Positions 25,200-38,807 of a stretch of 64,000 nt of DNA are shown here, in pieces; position 1 is the first letter of the stretch, and each line of letters opens with the position of its first letter. Position numbers and translations under genes: made by a program. The notes beneath the pieces are model-generated. The model had not been told where the DNA came from. It ran no database searches and was given only the letters and a program-made list of their open reading frames with translations. The DNA is from Chrysemys picta bellii (Eukaryota). The stretch covers positions 38,750,001-38,814,000 of the forward strand of contig NC_088800.1 in the NCBI RefSeq assembly GCF_011386835.1. The letters are read 5' to 3'.

Positions 25200-26070
25200 G
25201 GTGTTAGATTCCAAGAAGTTCAGAACAGCACCGCCAACAGCTCAACTCCTGAAGGATTAAAATCCATGTGCATTTTATATAACAATCTGGTATATTGATT
25301 GTGCCAGCTTTTTTCTAGACCCAAAGTCCAGAGTATGGTCAAGAGACCAGAGGCCTAGCTAATAGTGATCAGCTAAGAGAAAGCTGGGGTAAACAAGATA
25401 ACATTGCCTTTGCTAAGATCTGCTTGGTCAGTAGAAATGCCAGATGTTGAAGCAATAACTGAATAATCATGTTTCATCCAATGTTTCAGATTGAACAAAG
25501 GATCCCTGTTCCTATTGTGTCAGTCTCTTCTGTAGGGAATGTTCTTACCACAGATCCAACCTTGAGTTTATGAAAAGTTGGCACACATCAGTATAAAGAT
25601 TGGGAAGGGAGGTGGAAGGATTCCCTGAGACCAATGCCCTGCCTTAAGACATCAGTATTGTCATGTACTTTCACTGTTTTTGCTTTAACCCCTAGGAATG
25701 TACTGTTGGACAATCAAAGGAGTTGCTCCATTCCTATGGACCCCAAATCAGAATTTGATACATATTTTATACTAACATTTAATACTTTGCTAAAATGTTA
25801 ACGTGCTAACTTGAGACCATGGGCAGAGACCTTATGTAACCTTTTAACCATTGGCTAATGTGCTATTTGTCTTGCTGCAAAACCTATCCTGGGGTATGGA
25901 ACTGCCTACCCCATCACTTTCCCCCCCATCCATGGAAATAAAAACATTCTATTGTAATCAACTGATTGCCAGTGTCTGAGCCTAATAAGCAAGGTGACAC
26001 ACCATCAGCACTGTGTGCAATAAACTCCTATGCTTGACCTCTACACGGTGTGTCTTTATGTCCTTCAACT
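25200..26070 (+). mobile_element. Probable solo LTR (ERV/Gypsy-like)
   Basis: TATA-like AGTATAAAGA (~25590), AATAAA (~26028) followed by a short U5-like tail; no matching TSD found, so termini are approximate. Confidence 0.45.
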
Positions 26071-26258
26071 CCATTGCCAGGAGAGGCTAACGCTGCACTC
26101 AACACCCCCTATTCACAAGCACTGCAGTCTCAGTTCATGAGAGGACCAGCTGGTTGAGTTACCCCCACAGAATAGACAGCATCACTCACCCATTAAGAAA
26201 TCAGTACTGACCAGACTCAAGTCCATTTATGGGTTTATTTTATATGACAAGGTACAAG

Positions 26259-29200
26259 TCACATGACAGCACCAGCCATTGCACGGCTGTGGTTTTTGTA
26301 GATGAAGCAGATGGTCAGAGTCATGGAGGCCAAACCAATAGCAGCAGCCACCAAGCTCAGCCCAAACACCAGCCCAGGAGTCTCTTCCATGCCTGTAGGA
26401 AAGATCTGTGGTTAGAATGGGAACTAGATGTTTTTCCAGCTTTAGTGAAGTCAATATTGGTGGGTGTTTGATTTTTCCTTCTTAAGTGTTGTGCTTAGCA
26501 CTTCTTTATTGACCTTCATCTTGAGTTCTCCAGTCAATTTTGAATTCTTATCCTGTCCTCCAGAGTGCAAGCTGAGAGGAGTTTCAAGGTGTCAGCCACA
26601 AATTTAATACACTCACCCCTCATCTAAAGGGAGAATGAGGATATTGACTAGAACCAGACCCAGGGACTAACCCCCTAAATACACCCTCAGCCTCACAGCA
26701 GACCATAGACAATTACTGAGTACCATCTTTCAACCAGTTGTGAACCCAGTTATAGCAGTTTCATCTACATGCACTTCCTTAGTTTACTTACAAGACTCAT
26801 TGGACCTGTCAAAGGATTACTAAAAAGTGTATCCACTCCCAACATGTCTGCTTCCCCCACCTCTGGCACCACTAGGCCAGTAATTTCCTTTTTTGACTGT
26901 TATTGGTTTGACATGATTTGTTCTTGATACGTTTGTACTGCCTATTCCCTATAACCTTATTGTCTTCTAGGTGCTTACAAACTGATTGTTTGATACCTTT
27001 CCAAGTAACAAAGTGAGACTGACTGGTCTGATTTCCCAGGCCTTCTGTTCCCCTTTTTAAAAGCTAGGTACTACATTTGCACCTCTCTAGTCCTCTGGGA
27101 CCTCACTCATCCTGTGTTCTCAGGAGATGATCACAGAGTTCAGAGATTGCTTCAGCTAGTTCCTTAGGATGATATACTCCCAACTGGAATACATCTAAAT
27201 TCTCTCTTCTGTTCTTTAACTACTTTGTCTTGTGTTCCTTCCACCTTAATAGTGGTGTTGAGTATCTGGTCACTGTTACCAATTTTAAATGGTGACTGAA
27301 GCAGAAATAGGCACTAGACACCTCAGCCTTCTTGATGTCATTCATTATTAGATCTCCACCCCACTAAGGAAAGGGTAGGTCCTTTCCTTAGTCTTACTCC
27401 TAGTGTATTTGCAGAATTGCTCATTGCCTTTTATGTCCCTTGGTAGGTGTAACTCATTTTGTGACAGTGATTTTGTCCCTACATGCTTGTGCTATTCTTT
27501 TGTACTCAGCATTTTTAATTCAGGTAATTGAAGAGCTCTTGATGGAGCCATCTTGGCCTTACTCTATCTTTCCTTTAAATTGGGATAGTTTGCAGTTGTG
27601 CTTGTAATATTTCTCCTTGATAAATTGCTAGCTCACCTGAATTACTTTTCCCCTTAAGTTTTCTTCCCTTGGGACCTTTCCCTACCCATCTGTTAAAGTC
27701 TGCTTTTTTGAAGTCCATTGTCTTGATGTTACTGCTCTTGTCTTATGCTTGCAAAAGATCATTGCATGATCACTTCCACCCCAATTGCCTTCCATCTTCT
27801 GATTGGTTACGAATGCCTCCCTGTTGGTCAGGATGAAGTCTCCGATGGCTCTCCCCCAGTTACTTCTCAAAACAGAAGAGTTGTCCCCACTACATTCTAA
27901 GAACTTGTTGGGAGAATTAGGTTTTGCTGTCTGGGTAGTCCAATACATCTTAGAATAGTCTCCCCCACCCCCCATTATCACCAGGTCTTATGTTTTGATA
28001 TTTCTATAGGTCCTAGAAATGCCTCATCCACCTCTTTCTGATTTAGGTGTCTACAATAGACCCCCCCAGCCCCATGATATGATCTTGAGGCAGATCAGTT
28101 TAAAGTCTCTGCCTAATCACCTTCTGGATCTTAGGAGACATGTACGTCAAGAATGGACAATGTCTCCTTTTTTTAATCCTGTCCTTCCTGAAAGAGCTGT
28201 ATCCATCTATAGCTATGTTCCAGTCATGATATTTATCCCATCAAGTCTGACAATTAAATCATGGTTTAGTTTATGTACTTATGCCACCAGTTCTGTTTAT
28301 TCCCCATACTCCTTGGATTTGTGTATTGACATCCAAGACATGGATCAGATTTCCACCTTGTAAAATTACAATAGGGTCATAGGATTAACATGTTCCCTTC
28401 TAATTCTAGCCCTCTGTTAAGGTCACTGTATTGATTATGTGGGGTCATAACTTCCTGGAGTTTAGCAGGAAATATCTGTCTCCTACAAGCCACCCAGATT
28501 ATAAATTGGTCCTGACCAATTTAGTGCTTCAACCCTGGGGGTGGAGTCAGGAGTGGAGGGTGGAGAACTCCCCTGGATTCTAGTTAGCTCCTTTCCTGTC
28601 CTCCCCACTGGTTTGGCAGGCCCATAGGTTTGTCCTGGCAAAGCTGTTTACTTGGTGTTCCCTTGAAGAGGTGGGTTGCAGGGCTGAGCCTTGTGGTTGG
28701 AGGGAGTTTTCACCTTTTACAACAGGCCCAATACCCTGAAGGTGCATAGACTATTGGTGTACAAGTTAGGTACCTGGAGATGCTGCCTTCCCTACTTCCA
28801 TTTGTTCTTCCACAAGATTCCTGGATCCCCGATAGGCATAAGTGATGAATAGGGGTCCTACCACAACATCAGCCTCAGCTTCCCTCACTAAGGAGTCACC
28901 TGTATTGAGGGAAGAGAAATTACATCTGTGTGGCTTTTCATTCTCACAATGTGGATAAAGACAACCCATGGACCTTCAGCTCAGCTAGCAGACCCCCCTT
29001 TTTATTGGGAAAAACCTAAACACCCCACAAAGCCACCTATTAACTCCAATTATATAGATCCTACCATGCCTGGAGGCCACATCTCTCTGGAAGCGCCTCC
29101 CTGGCCATCTGTCCAGAGGTCTGACTCTCCCAGACTGTCCAGCCAGCCCACAGTTCCCAGTCTCACAGCACCTGCAGATGTCTCTGGTGCCTTCCACTGG

Positions 29201-32200
29201 AGACCAGCTGCAACAGAACAGGAATAATCATCTACAGTGAAGTATTTTGTTCTAGGCTGCCCATCACTCCCCTGGTGGGGTTCTAGTCTACTCACATGTT
29301 GCCTGCTTTGTTGAAGGAACAAGCCTTGTTCAAGGGATCTGGGGCTTGCTCAGCTGCAGTGACTTTCAGATGGCAGGTGATGTAGATCTGGAGGGGAAGT
29401 GGGAAGAGGGGTTAGGACCATCCCAGGGGACACTAACACCTGCTTAGCCTGGGGGGGGGCGGGGGGATAAAAAAAAAAAAAAAAACACCAACTTGGAACA
29501 GAAATCTGGGAGCTCACCAAGTTCCTAGCATCTCCTGCAAACCTGAACACATTCACCATGAACTGCAGCGTGTCCTGCCTGGGCCTGGGGGATATGAAGG
29601 CTGAGGTGGTGTCATCTGATCTCCCATCCACCAGGCATCTAGACACAAGAACCAAGGGTCAGTGAGAGTCCCTGATCAGTCTTGTTTTAGACTAGAAAGG
29701 GCTCCCAGCTCTTACCCATTGAAGTCAATGACAGCATAGCGGGGAGAGGAGTCCCTGTCTGGGGTCAGGGTGGCCACACAGCTGTCCACAAAGAGCCTCA
29801 GAGCCACATGGTTCCCAGTGCTGACATCAGCTTGGATATGCATGACCTCCCCCAGCTGGAATCCATTGGAGGGTCTCTCAGCACTCCAGTCATCTGCAAG
29901 GCAAGCTCACAGTGAGCAGGACAGACAGGCAAGGTGGGGCTCCCCTGAAGTCTCCTCCCACCCACCTACCATTCATCAGGCGCAGGGAGAAACCTAGCCT
30001 CTCCTCAGCAGACAGGGTAGAGCTGAAGGGAACCCACGTTGGCTTGATTGCTTTACTGCTTACATTGTCCTTCCTGTGAGAGGAGCAAACCTCAGTCACT
30101 GAGTCAGATCCAACAACAAGAACTGAATGGGAGGGAGGGATCCAAGTTTTTCAGACACTCACCTGGGATAGTGACACTCAATGGGAATCACAACTGGATT
30201 GGTTCTCAGGATCACTGGGTTGCTGGCAGGGGTGGGGTTATAGTTCAGGCTTGTGCTGTAAACTAGGGAGTCTGAGGTCATCTGGGAAGAATCAGACATG
30301 GAAGGGTTAGCAGCATACAAACATTCAAAACCACTAGGTTCAGCAAGACCTAGAGAGACATTTCCTATTAATGGAAAGGTCTTTCAATACATGTACAACC
30401 ATGGTTGTAAGGTAATAGAAACATTGTTTTTAGAGCTCATTCCATAGAATGCCGGCCAGGTCAATACTGATGGGTACCATAGGCCCTGGTTCTACACATC
30501 TCTGGTCATTGCAGCATCTGCTTCTAGCACTGTCTTTCCTACAGGTAATCATCTTTTCTCCTACAGTGAAGATGAATTCACTTCGGAAGTTAGCAAGAAT
30601 CTAGCTCCTACTGGGCACTCCCTTATGCAGTCAGCAATCTTTCCCTGGGCAAGGATTAATCCAGCTGTCCTGGCCTATTGTTATAGGGACTCTCCCATAG
30701 AGTCACATATTGGGAAAATGTTGGGGGGAGGGGTGGGGAAGGTCCAACAGTTGGTTGCAACCATCTCTTAGCATTGTGTGGGAAAATAGAACTGGGGGGC
30801 CTTCCTTTTAATAACCTGAGTAACACCGAAGGTCCAAATTCAGACCCTGTGACAGAGGCTCAGTACAGAACTAAGCTGTACAATTCCCTGCCAAACTTGG
30901 TCAAGGGTCATGACCAGAGGAGGGAGGAAGTAACAGTGGTAAAGGCCTCAGCAACCTAATAACCACAAGTTTATAAAATATAATAACCACTTGTATGAAG
31001 AAATTGCTTTTGCAAATGCCAATTTCTCCTGTAATTCCAGCTATCTGCAAAATTAGCCAATCATGTATCCTCTTTGAACGTCCTAGGTTAACCCCCTTGT
31101 ACCCATAACACCCCAGAAAATATGTACCCTGATGAAAAATACCCCTAAACTGGTACCAAGTACCACCCCTGGGGAAAAAACCACCAAGCGCCCCTATACC
31201 CAAATAGGGCACCCAATTCTTGGAAAATAAGGAAGGTGCCAGGAAAGGGGGGACTGACCCCAACCCCAATTTCTTAACTCATGACGTATTGTTTGTCCTT
31301 TGCTTGCAGTTTAATGAAATAAAAGCCGCCTGCGACCGGTCCTAGGTGCGTCAGTCTTCGGACTGCACCCCAGTGCACTGGTATGCATGTCAATAAACTG
31401 GCCTCAGGCTTGAGTCTGTAAACTAAAATCAATGCATGGGTGTCTTTGACCACGACAATTGCAAACAGGGAAAGCTGATCAACATGGTGGTACCTCAAGA
31501 GATGACCCAGAGACTTAGGTTTCCTAGCCAATACTACACTGGCCTACAGCCTCCCACAGCACTGGGCATCAGAGATGTGGCAGAAAGTTAGGTGAGATCC
31601 AGGTGCTCCTGTCCACACCGCCATGTACTTCTCTAAAGGTACAGCTAAAACTACAAATAAAAGCAGTGTTCTTAACTCGGGTGAGCTAACTGGGGTTCAA
31701 ATAGCAGAGAAGACCTGGCACATCTGATTTTAATCCAGGTTGCAGCTCAGACTCAACCCCAGGCTCCTCTACAAACTTTAGCTGAGCTGCTAATGCAAGT
31801 TAAAAAGCCAAGTTGCGGTGTCTTCAGTGCTGTTTGACCCCTCGAGATGCCAATGCCAAGTAAGAACTTCTTTGAATTTAGACACACCCTCGATCAATCC
31901 CTCTAGAAGGTCACTATTGTGAGTGAAGTGTTAGACAAGGAAACCTCAAGCTAATAGAGTGACATGTGCCAGGTTCCTGCTCTCCAACTCAGACCTGGCC
32001 AGGCATGGAGGAGTCATTCACTTACCCCTGTTCCTTATGGGGCACCAGGGATCACAACCGATCAGTGCATTTGCTTGGGTTTTCTGGTGTCTCACAGGAC
32101 CAGGCCTACTCCAGCCTAAGCAAAATTTATAGCCTGTGTCCAGAGGGGAAGTCACATTGTGCTACCAAGCATCCCTCCCCACCCTATTTTTGGGCACTGC

Positions 32201-32830
32201 TTTAAAAGCACAGCTCAGGATTGTTGTGGGACAGGTGACATTAGGGATTATGATGCAGCATCCACAAAAGAGGACCAGAGTTAATCCCACCCTTTGGTGC
32301 CTTTACCCCAAGATTGCCTTTACTCCCCATTTATCCCACCTAACAAAGCACAGATGGGACAGGGTATGAGGCTCACCTTACTCACAGGTGCTCTAGCTTG
32401 TATGAAGCTGCCTTACCTGCAAAGTGCTGCCACATTCATGGAGCCCAGCTTCAAAGGTCACTGTGTTCTCTGCAGCATTAAGGGATGTGTACCGGCAAGC
32501 AGCCAGGCCAAGGCTCAGGTCAGCAGCTTTGATCAGTCGCCCCGTCCCAAACAGATCCCTGTGCACAGTGATCACCATCTGAGCCTCCTCACACTGCACT
32601 GTGACAGGCTGCAGTGGGGACACAGCCCGGAGCTGGGAAGCATCAACCCGAGCCCAGGGGTAGGGCTGGGCAAGAGAAGGTACATGGGGTTGTCTTTGAG
32701 GGGTCTCAACCCTGAGATTGGGTCTCCAGATGGCTGAGTCTCTCCTAGAGAAATCCCAGGGATTATAACAGGTCACCCCACTGACTGCCCAGCACAGAAC
32801 AGCAAAGCCCAGGCCACCTCTGTACCCCAT
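26259..32830 (-). CDS. ZP3: ZP3 paralog D, complete, 9 exons, 476 aa
   Basis: Exons 32417-32830, 30163-30281, 29970-30073, 29716-29893, 29518-29638, 29296-29387, 29065-29207, 28774-28899, 26259-26392 (total 1431 nt, in frame). Last exon [44 protein letters not shown]; the exon 8 donor (GTACCT) is weak. Confidence 0.94.
26690..28370 (-). mobile_element. Degenerate CR1 LINE ORF2 fragment in ZP3-D intron 8
   Basis: Endonuclease motifs LTNRE...GGSDH-x-MI (ORF 27682-27981) followed by RT-proximal remnants; boundaries approximate. Confidence 0.75.
30777..31457 (+). mobile_element. Solo LTR in ZP3-D intron 1
   Basis: TG...CA ends, 4-bp TSD ATTG (30773-30776, 31458-31461), AATAAA near 31392. Confidence 0.75.
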
Positions 32831-32877
32831 CCTGCCTGCCTGCAGCAAACCCAGCATGAAATGAAACACTAGCTCTG

Positions 32878-33052
32878 GGGCCTTTTATACCCTGCACCTA
32901 AAGCCAGCTCACAGTTGCCCCAGGTAATTAACACCCTCCCCTAGACTGCAGACAGCTGGAGCCCAATCACACCCACTGCCCACACCCTGGAGCAGGGAAG
33001 TGGGAGGAACTATGCAAATCAGTGCCACCTGTTGGTCAGTTCATCAGTTGTA
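32878..33052 (-). promoter_or_regulatory. ZP3-D proximal promoter (TATAAA 32884-32889, CACCTG 33026-33031)
   Basis: Conserved with the other paralogs. Confidence 0.7.
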
Positions 33053-33384
33053 TTTTGGGAGATTCCTACCATATTTTATTCAATTAAAGTTTAAAAGATT
33101 GTGATATGATGGAAGTGCCAGCCGTACAGTCTGCTTTGGAAATGAGGGATTCCAGGGGGCTTTCCATCCTGGGGCAGTGATAGCTGCACCTGTGTTAAAC
33201 TTGCAACATGGGTTCTGTTTAAAGCTGAAGCTTGCATCCTCTCTGAAATCCACATACACAGGCAGATCAGCTTCTGGGTCAATGGCTGGGGTGGAGATTG
33301 TGATGCAAAGTTGAGTTCATTTGACCAAAGGCATCATCTCCAGATACAGCTCTGCCAAAGGACCTGTTTTGAAATGTGAACATT

Positions 33385-34760
33385 CTTATCATGAAAGTCA
33401 TAGATTCCAAGGCCAGAAGAAACTACACATAAAATCTTGTCTGATGTCCTGATCAGCACAGGCCAGAGAACTTCCCCCAAATAATTCCTAGAGCAGATCT
33501 CTCAGAAAAACATCCAATCTGGATTTAAAAATTGCCAGTGATGGAGAATCCCATTGCCCCCCCATAGTAAGTTGATCCAATTGTTAATTACTCTCACTGT
33601 GAAAGATTTACACCTTATTTCCAGTCTGAATTTGTCTAGCTTCAACCTCCAGCCATTGGATGGAGTTAGACCTTTGTCTGCTAGGTTGAAGAGCCCATTA
33701 TTAAATATTTGTTGCCCAGGTAGATATTTATACACTGTAATCAAGTCACCCCTTCACCTTCTCTTTGTTAAGACAATAAATGGAGCTCTTTGAGACTATC
33801 CCCATAAGGCGTGTTTTCTAATCTGTTACTCCTTCTCGTGGCTCTTCTCTGAACCCTCTCCAATTTATCAATATCCTCCTTGAACTGGATACAGGATTCC
33901 AGCAGCAGTCGTACCAATGCCAAATATAGAGGTAAAATGAAATCTGTGCTCCAATTCGAGATTTCCCTGTTTATACATCTCAGGATCACATTTGGCTGCA
34001 GTGTCACACTGGGAGCTCACCCCCAAATCTTTTCCAGAGTCACTGATGCCCAGAATAGAGTCCCCCATTCTGTAAGTATGGCCTACACTCTTTGTTTCTA
34101 GATATATATATTTACATTTAGACATATTAAAATGCATATTGTTTGCTTGCACCCAGTTTACCAAGCGATCCATATTGCTCTGTATCAGTGGCCTGTCTTC
34201 ATTATTTACCACTTCCCCAGTTTCTGTATTATCTTCAAAAGTTATCAGTGATGATTTTATGTTTTCCTCCAGCTCATTGATGAAAATGTTAAATAGCATA
34301 GGGCCATGAACCAATCCCTGTGGGATCCCACTGGAAACACCGCTGCTCAATGACGATTCCCCGTTTACAGTTATATTTGAGACCTATCAATTTGCCAGTT
34401 TTTAATCCATTGAATGTGTGACGTGCTCATTTTAGATCGTTCTAGTTTTTTAATCAAAATGTCATGTGGTACCAAGTCAAATGCCTTACAGAAGTCCAAG
34501 TCTACTATGTCAATACTGTTACCTTTCTCAACCAAACTTGCAATCTCATCAAAAAAGATATCAAGTTAGTTTGACAGGATCTATTTTCCATAAGGCCATG
34601 GTGATTGGCATTAATTACATTACAAAACACATTACTCTCCTTTAATTCTTTTTTAATTGAGTCCCACATCAGCTGCTCCATTAGCTTGCCCAGAATTACC
34701 GACAGTCCTATAATTAGCCAGGTCATCCCATTTACCGTTTATAAAAATTGGCACATCAGT
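33385..34760 (-). mobile_element. Degenerate CR1 LINE, RT domain and 3' end
   Basis: SCQTNLISF, SSGIPQGLVHGPMLFNIFIN, LERVQRRAT, RFRLEIR-like motifs (ORFs 34505-34726, 33868-34350, 33768-34007, 33502-33744). Confidence 0.88.
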
Positions 34761-35393
34761 TTTATTCTAGTCTTCTGAACCTCCTAGTGCCCCAACACTT
34801 ACTGAAAATCAAAATTTACGATACTCCCCAGCCTGCACTCTTATATGCACAGAGATAGGGAGGGAGGAAGGGTCCACCTGAAGCCGAGATCATTGGGATA
34901 CCCCTGCTAAGGGCGAGTGTCCAATCCCAAAGTGCAAGTTCCTAAACTTGTCCCATCCATTCAACTTTATTGCTGGCCCTGGAGAGCAGTCCAGGGCTTG
35001 CTGGAAGCTCTGCGTGCCAGGCCAGTCGATAGCTGAAGATAGACAGAAGGCCCTGTAGTTTGGGGAAGTTGCTGGGACCCACAAGGACATAAATTCAAGA
35101 GTCCTCTTCTACTGCTGGCTGTTAATATTGATGTGTATCACTCAGCTCTGATAATTGACTAGAGCTTCCTATCCTACATTGGGGGGGACACCTCTCTCAT
35201 TCTCCCCCATTTTACAGATCAGGTAACTTTGAGGCTGCACAAGGCTCCTTCTGGGAGAGCTCAGAATAAAATCCAGGCCATTAATATGACAGACCTCAGG
35301 GTCATCCATTGATCCATACTGGCATTTGAAATGCTCACCCCAAATGTTTATGGTGGATTCTCTTGTCTGCAGCCTCGACTCTAACCTCTAGAG

Positions 35394-36515
35394 CAGTGGT
35401 TCCCAAACTTTAACAGCCCGCGAACCCCTTTCACTAAACTGTGAAATCTCGTGAACCCCCTCCTAAAAATGAATATTCTCAGGGATTTAAGTTTAAATTT
35501 CCTCAGTGTGATGGATGCCCCAACTGCCCGGCCCCGCTCTTCTGGGGCTCAGCCTGCCAGTCCCGTGCCGAGCGCTGGGGTTCATGCTGCCAGCTCCCCC
35601 GCTGATGGGGGCAGGGCTCGGGCTGCCGGCCCCAACTGCCCGGCCCCGCTGTCCTCCAGGCTTGGGTTGTCACCCTGCGCGGAGCGCTGGGGTTCGTGCT
35701 GCCGGCTCCCCCGCTGACGGGGGCAGGGCTCAGGCTGCTGGCCCCAACTGCCCGGCCCGACTCTCCCTGGGGCTCGGGCTGCCGGCTCCCCCGCTGACGG
35801 GGGCAGGGCTTGGGCTGCCAGCCCCAACTGCCCAGCCCCGCTGTCCCTGGGGCTTGGGTTGTCAGCCCTGCGCGGAGTGCTGGGATTCGTGCTGCCGGCT
35901 CCTCCGCTGACCGCTGGGACTCGGGCTGCCGGCCCCAACTGCCCGGCCCCGCTCTCCCTGGGGCTCGGGCTGCCAGCCCTGCATGGGGAGCGCTGGGGTT
36001 TGGGCTGCCGGCTCCCCCGCTGACGGGGGCAGGGCTCGGGCTGCCGGCCCCAAATGCCTGGCCCTGCTGTCCCTGGGGCTTGGGCGGTCTGCCCCGCGCT
36101 GGGGTTCGGGCTGCCGGCTTTCCTGCTAACGGGGGCAGGGCTCGGGCTGCCAGCGCTGCATGGGGAGCGCTTGGGTTTGGGCTGCCGGCTCCCCCGCTGA
36201 CGGTGGCAGGGCTCGGGCTTCCGGCCCCAACTGCCCAGGCCCGCACTCCCTGGGGCTTGGGTTGTCAGCCCCATGCGGAGCACTGGGGTTCGGGCTGCCA
36301 GCTTCCCTGCTGACCGCTGGGACTTGGGCTGCCAGCCCCAACTGCCCAGCCCCATTCTCCCTGGGGCTCGGGGTGTCTGCCCTGCAACTGGGTCCGACCT
36401 GCTGTCTCCAATGCCCAGGGTTCTCTGTCCGTCATTAGTGAAATTTTTCTAGCGAACTCCTTGTAGCGTTCTGCGAACCCCCAGGGGTTCGCAAACCCCA
36501 GTTTGGGAACCACTG
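35394..36515. mobile_element. hAT MITE with internal GC-rich minisatellite (about 35515-36390)
   Basis: Perfect 16-bp TIRs CAGTGGTTCCCAAACT / AGTTTGGGAACCACTG; TSD CTCTAGAG/CTCTACAG. Confidence 0.88.
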
Positions 36516-36806
36516 CTCTACAGCACACTTGCAGCCCAGAGACAGGCGCAGAAGCCAGGACGCCTGCATCTGCTGCTGTCTAACAGCCCTACTTACAGAG
36601 CAAGTTACCTCCAGGGTGAGGGACCATGGGGTGGTTTTGAAGGGTCAGTGAGCAAATCCTTCTGCTGAGCTACATTGCGAGCTCTGTGGTTCCAAATGAA
36701 GGAATTTCTCTTTGGGGTCTTGGTGAAGATTGCAGCTAAATTTCTCTTTGAAACCAAATGTTGCACTTTCTTCAAAATCAATCACACTAGAATTTTGCTA
36801 GGTGGC

Positions 36807-38103
36807 TGTAGTAAGAGGAGGCCTTAGACATAATGGGAGTGTGTTTCTATCTGTGTCACCAAAGTAAAAGGGCCAAAGTACAACATCAGACTAAAAAAAC
36901 ATGGTTATGCTTGAATACAAGGTGGTATCATATGTATACATACATACTATACATATATGCCCATACACACTACAAATATATATGCCATATCCATATAATT
37001 CATATATATTAATTATTTGGGAGTGCCTCTAAAACTCAATCATAATACTACATTCCTTAGTCATGGTCCCGGGCCTAACATTCTCAGGCCCACCATAAGG
37101 GACTAAAAAATAATTGAATAATAAAATCTGCCTATCAGTCGTACGTGGGAATGTGCAAACTAAAAAGACAAATGGGGCATAAGTGTATAAATGGTAAAAT
37201 AAAATGACCACATAACAGTGTTTAGCCCACTGGGTTATCTTTAGTCCATGCATTATGCTTTTCCGGGACGATGGGTAAACATCCTCCCCTTAAAAAGACA
37301 AAAAGTGGGGGAATGTAGTAAGAGGAGGCCTTAGACATAAATCCTTGTATCAGAGGCCTGGTATGAGGCCTAAGGCCTGAACTAAAGTAATGGTCAAGAC
37401 TTTGCTAACATAAAGCAAAATTAAGCTGTGAGCCAGAGGCAGGCCCTGCTCACAGAAGCTGGCAAGGAAAGGGCTGATGCTGCAAAAAGAGACATACCTA
37501 AAAGGTACTGGACACCAGATATCAGAACATTCGCATACTTGTACATTCCACACACAAGGAACAAGCTGACCCATCCCAATGACAGGGCCAAAAGGGTAAT
37601 ATGATGGATAGAGTTGTTTTGTTCAAACCAACATGTACAAGGTGAGAGGCGGCACCTTACTACGTAAAGGGGTTGTACCTTGCTGCGTAGAAGGGTTGCA
37701 CCTCAGTACGTCAGGAGTAATGTGTAACTTGTTTGTACCTGTGTATAAAAATGCATCCCTGAGTGAATATCTTTGTCCAGCCTAGGGGGCAGTGGAAAGT
37801 CCCACCACTGACTAAGCTAAGTCCATTGTCAGGGAGCACATAAGTACTGGCTAGCCGCACCTTAGCAGCACCTTGGACTTCGTTTGCCAGGGAGCTGAAG
37901 ACTGTGTTTCTCTTCGACAATAAACCTGGCCGACGTGCCTTCGTACCTTACTAGAGTCTGTGGGCATTGGGCGTTCTCTCGGGATCTGCTGTGTCAGCTA
38001 TCTGCGCAGAGCTGGGGCAGCACACAGAGGGAACACATGCGCGCAGCCGATTAGTATCAACATTAAACAGAGCAGAGCACCACACCGGTAGCATCTAACA
38101 ACA
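36807..38103 (+). mobile_element. Internally deleted ERV-like element: 27-bp 5' LTR stub, ~480 bp interior, PPT, full 3' LTR (37314-38103)
   Basis: TGTAGTAAGAGGAGGCCTTAGACATAA at both 36807 and 37314; PPT AAAAAGTGGGGGAA precedes the second; AATAAA near 37920; TSD GTGGC/ATGGC; empty site in the paralogous spacers. Confidence 0.78.
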
Positions 38104-38807
38104 ATGGCCATTCATTTTGGCCCTTTAGCTATGTGCTTCAGTTTCCCTGTGTGGAATGGGGATGATTGTATTCCCCTCAGCCACTGCAGCTTTGGGTAGA
38201 TAAATTCAGGGGTGTTTGCGAAGAAGAGTGGAGAGATGTCAGGGGCTCGGAGTTTTCTAGGTCAGGATAGTCATGTGGGGAACGTTGGTCTGTGTTAGAG
38301 GGTTGGAGTTCTGCCAGGGGTAGCGGTTAGCGTGGGGACCCCATCTGCTGCATAGGGTGGAGGAGGGCTGGGAGAACAGAGGGACCAAGGAGCTGTTGGG
38401 AATGTGGCCAGGGGACCCCAGGGATGAAAGAGGGTCAGAGATTTGTACAGATCAGGCACTGGCTTCAGATTCACCAGAGCAGGGTCCAGCCCTGGTTCTG
38501 CCACTCTCTTCTTCTGTGACCTTGCCCAAGTCATTCGGCCTCAGTTTCCACATTTGTGAAATAGAGATAATAGTTCCTCACTCCCGCAACACTGGCAGGG
38601 TATCTTCACTCATATTAGCAGTGTTCAGATAGTATAGTGATGGGGCTACGTAAGCACCTCGCTGGAGCCATCAGTGGCTGCTCTCAGGCGCCACCTCCAG
38701 TATTAGACTCATGGAGAGTCTGGACAGCCCTTCTAACCCTTGAGAGGCTAGGTAAGGGGCACCAGTCTTAAACAGAAACAATGAGGAAACCTTATGGCAC
38801 CTTAGAG

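Noticed and set aside
35451-36528. Many long overlapping Pro/Gly/Ala-rich ORFs
   Set aside because: Stop-poor GC minisatellite inside a MITE; no protein signal.
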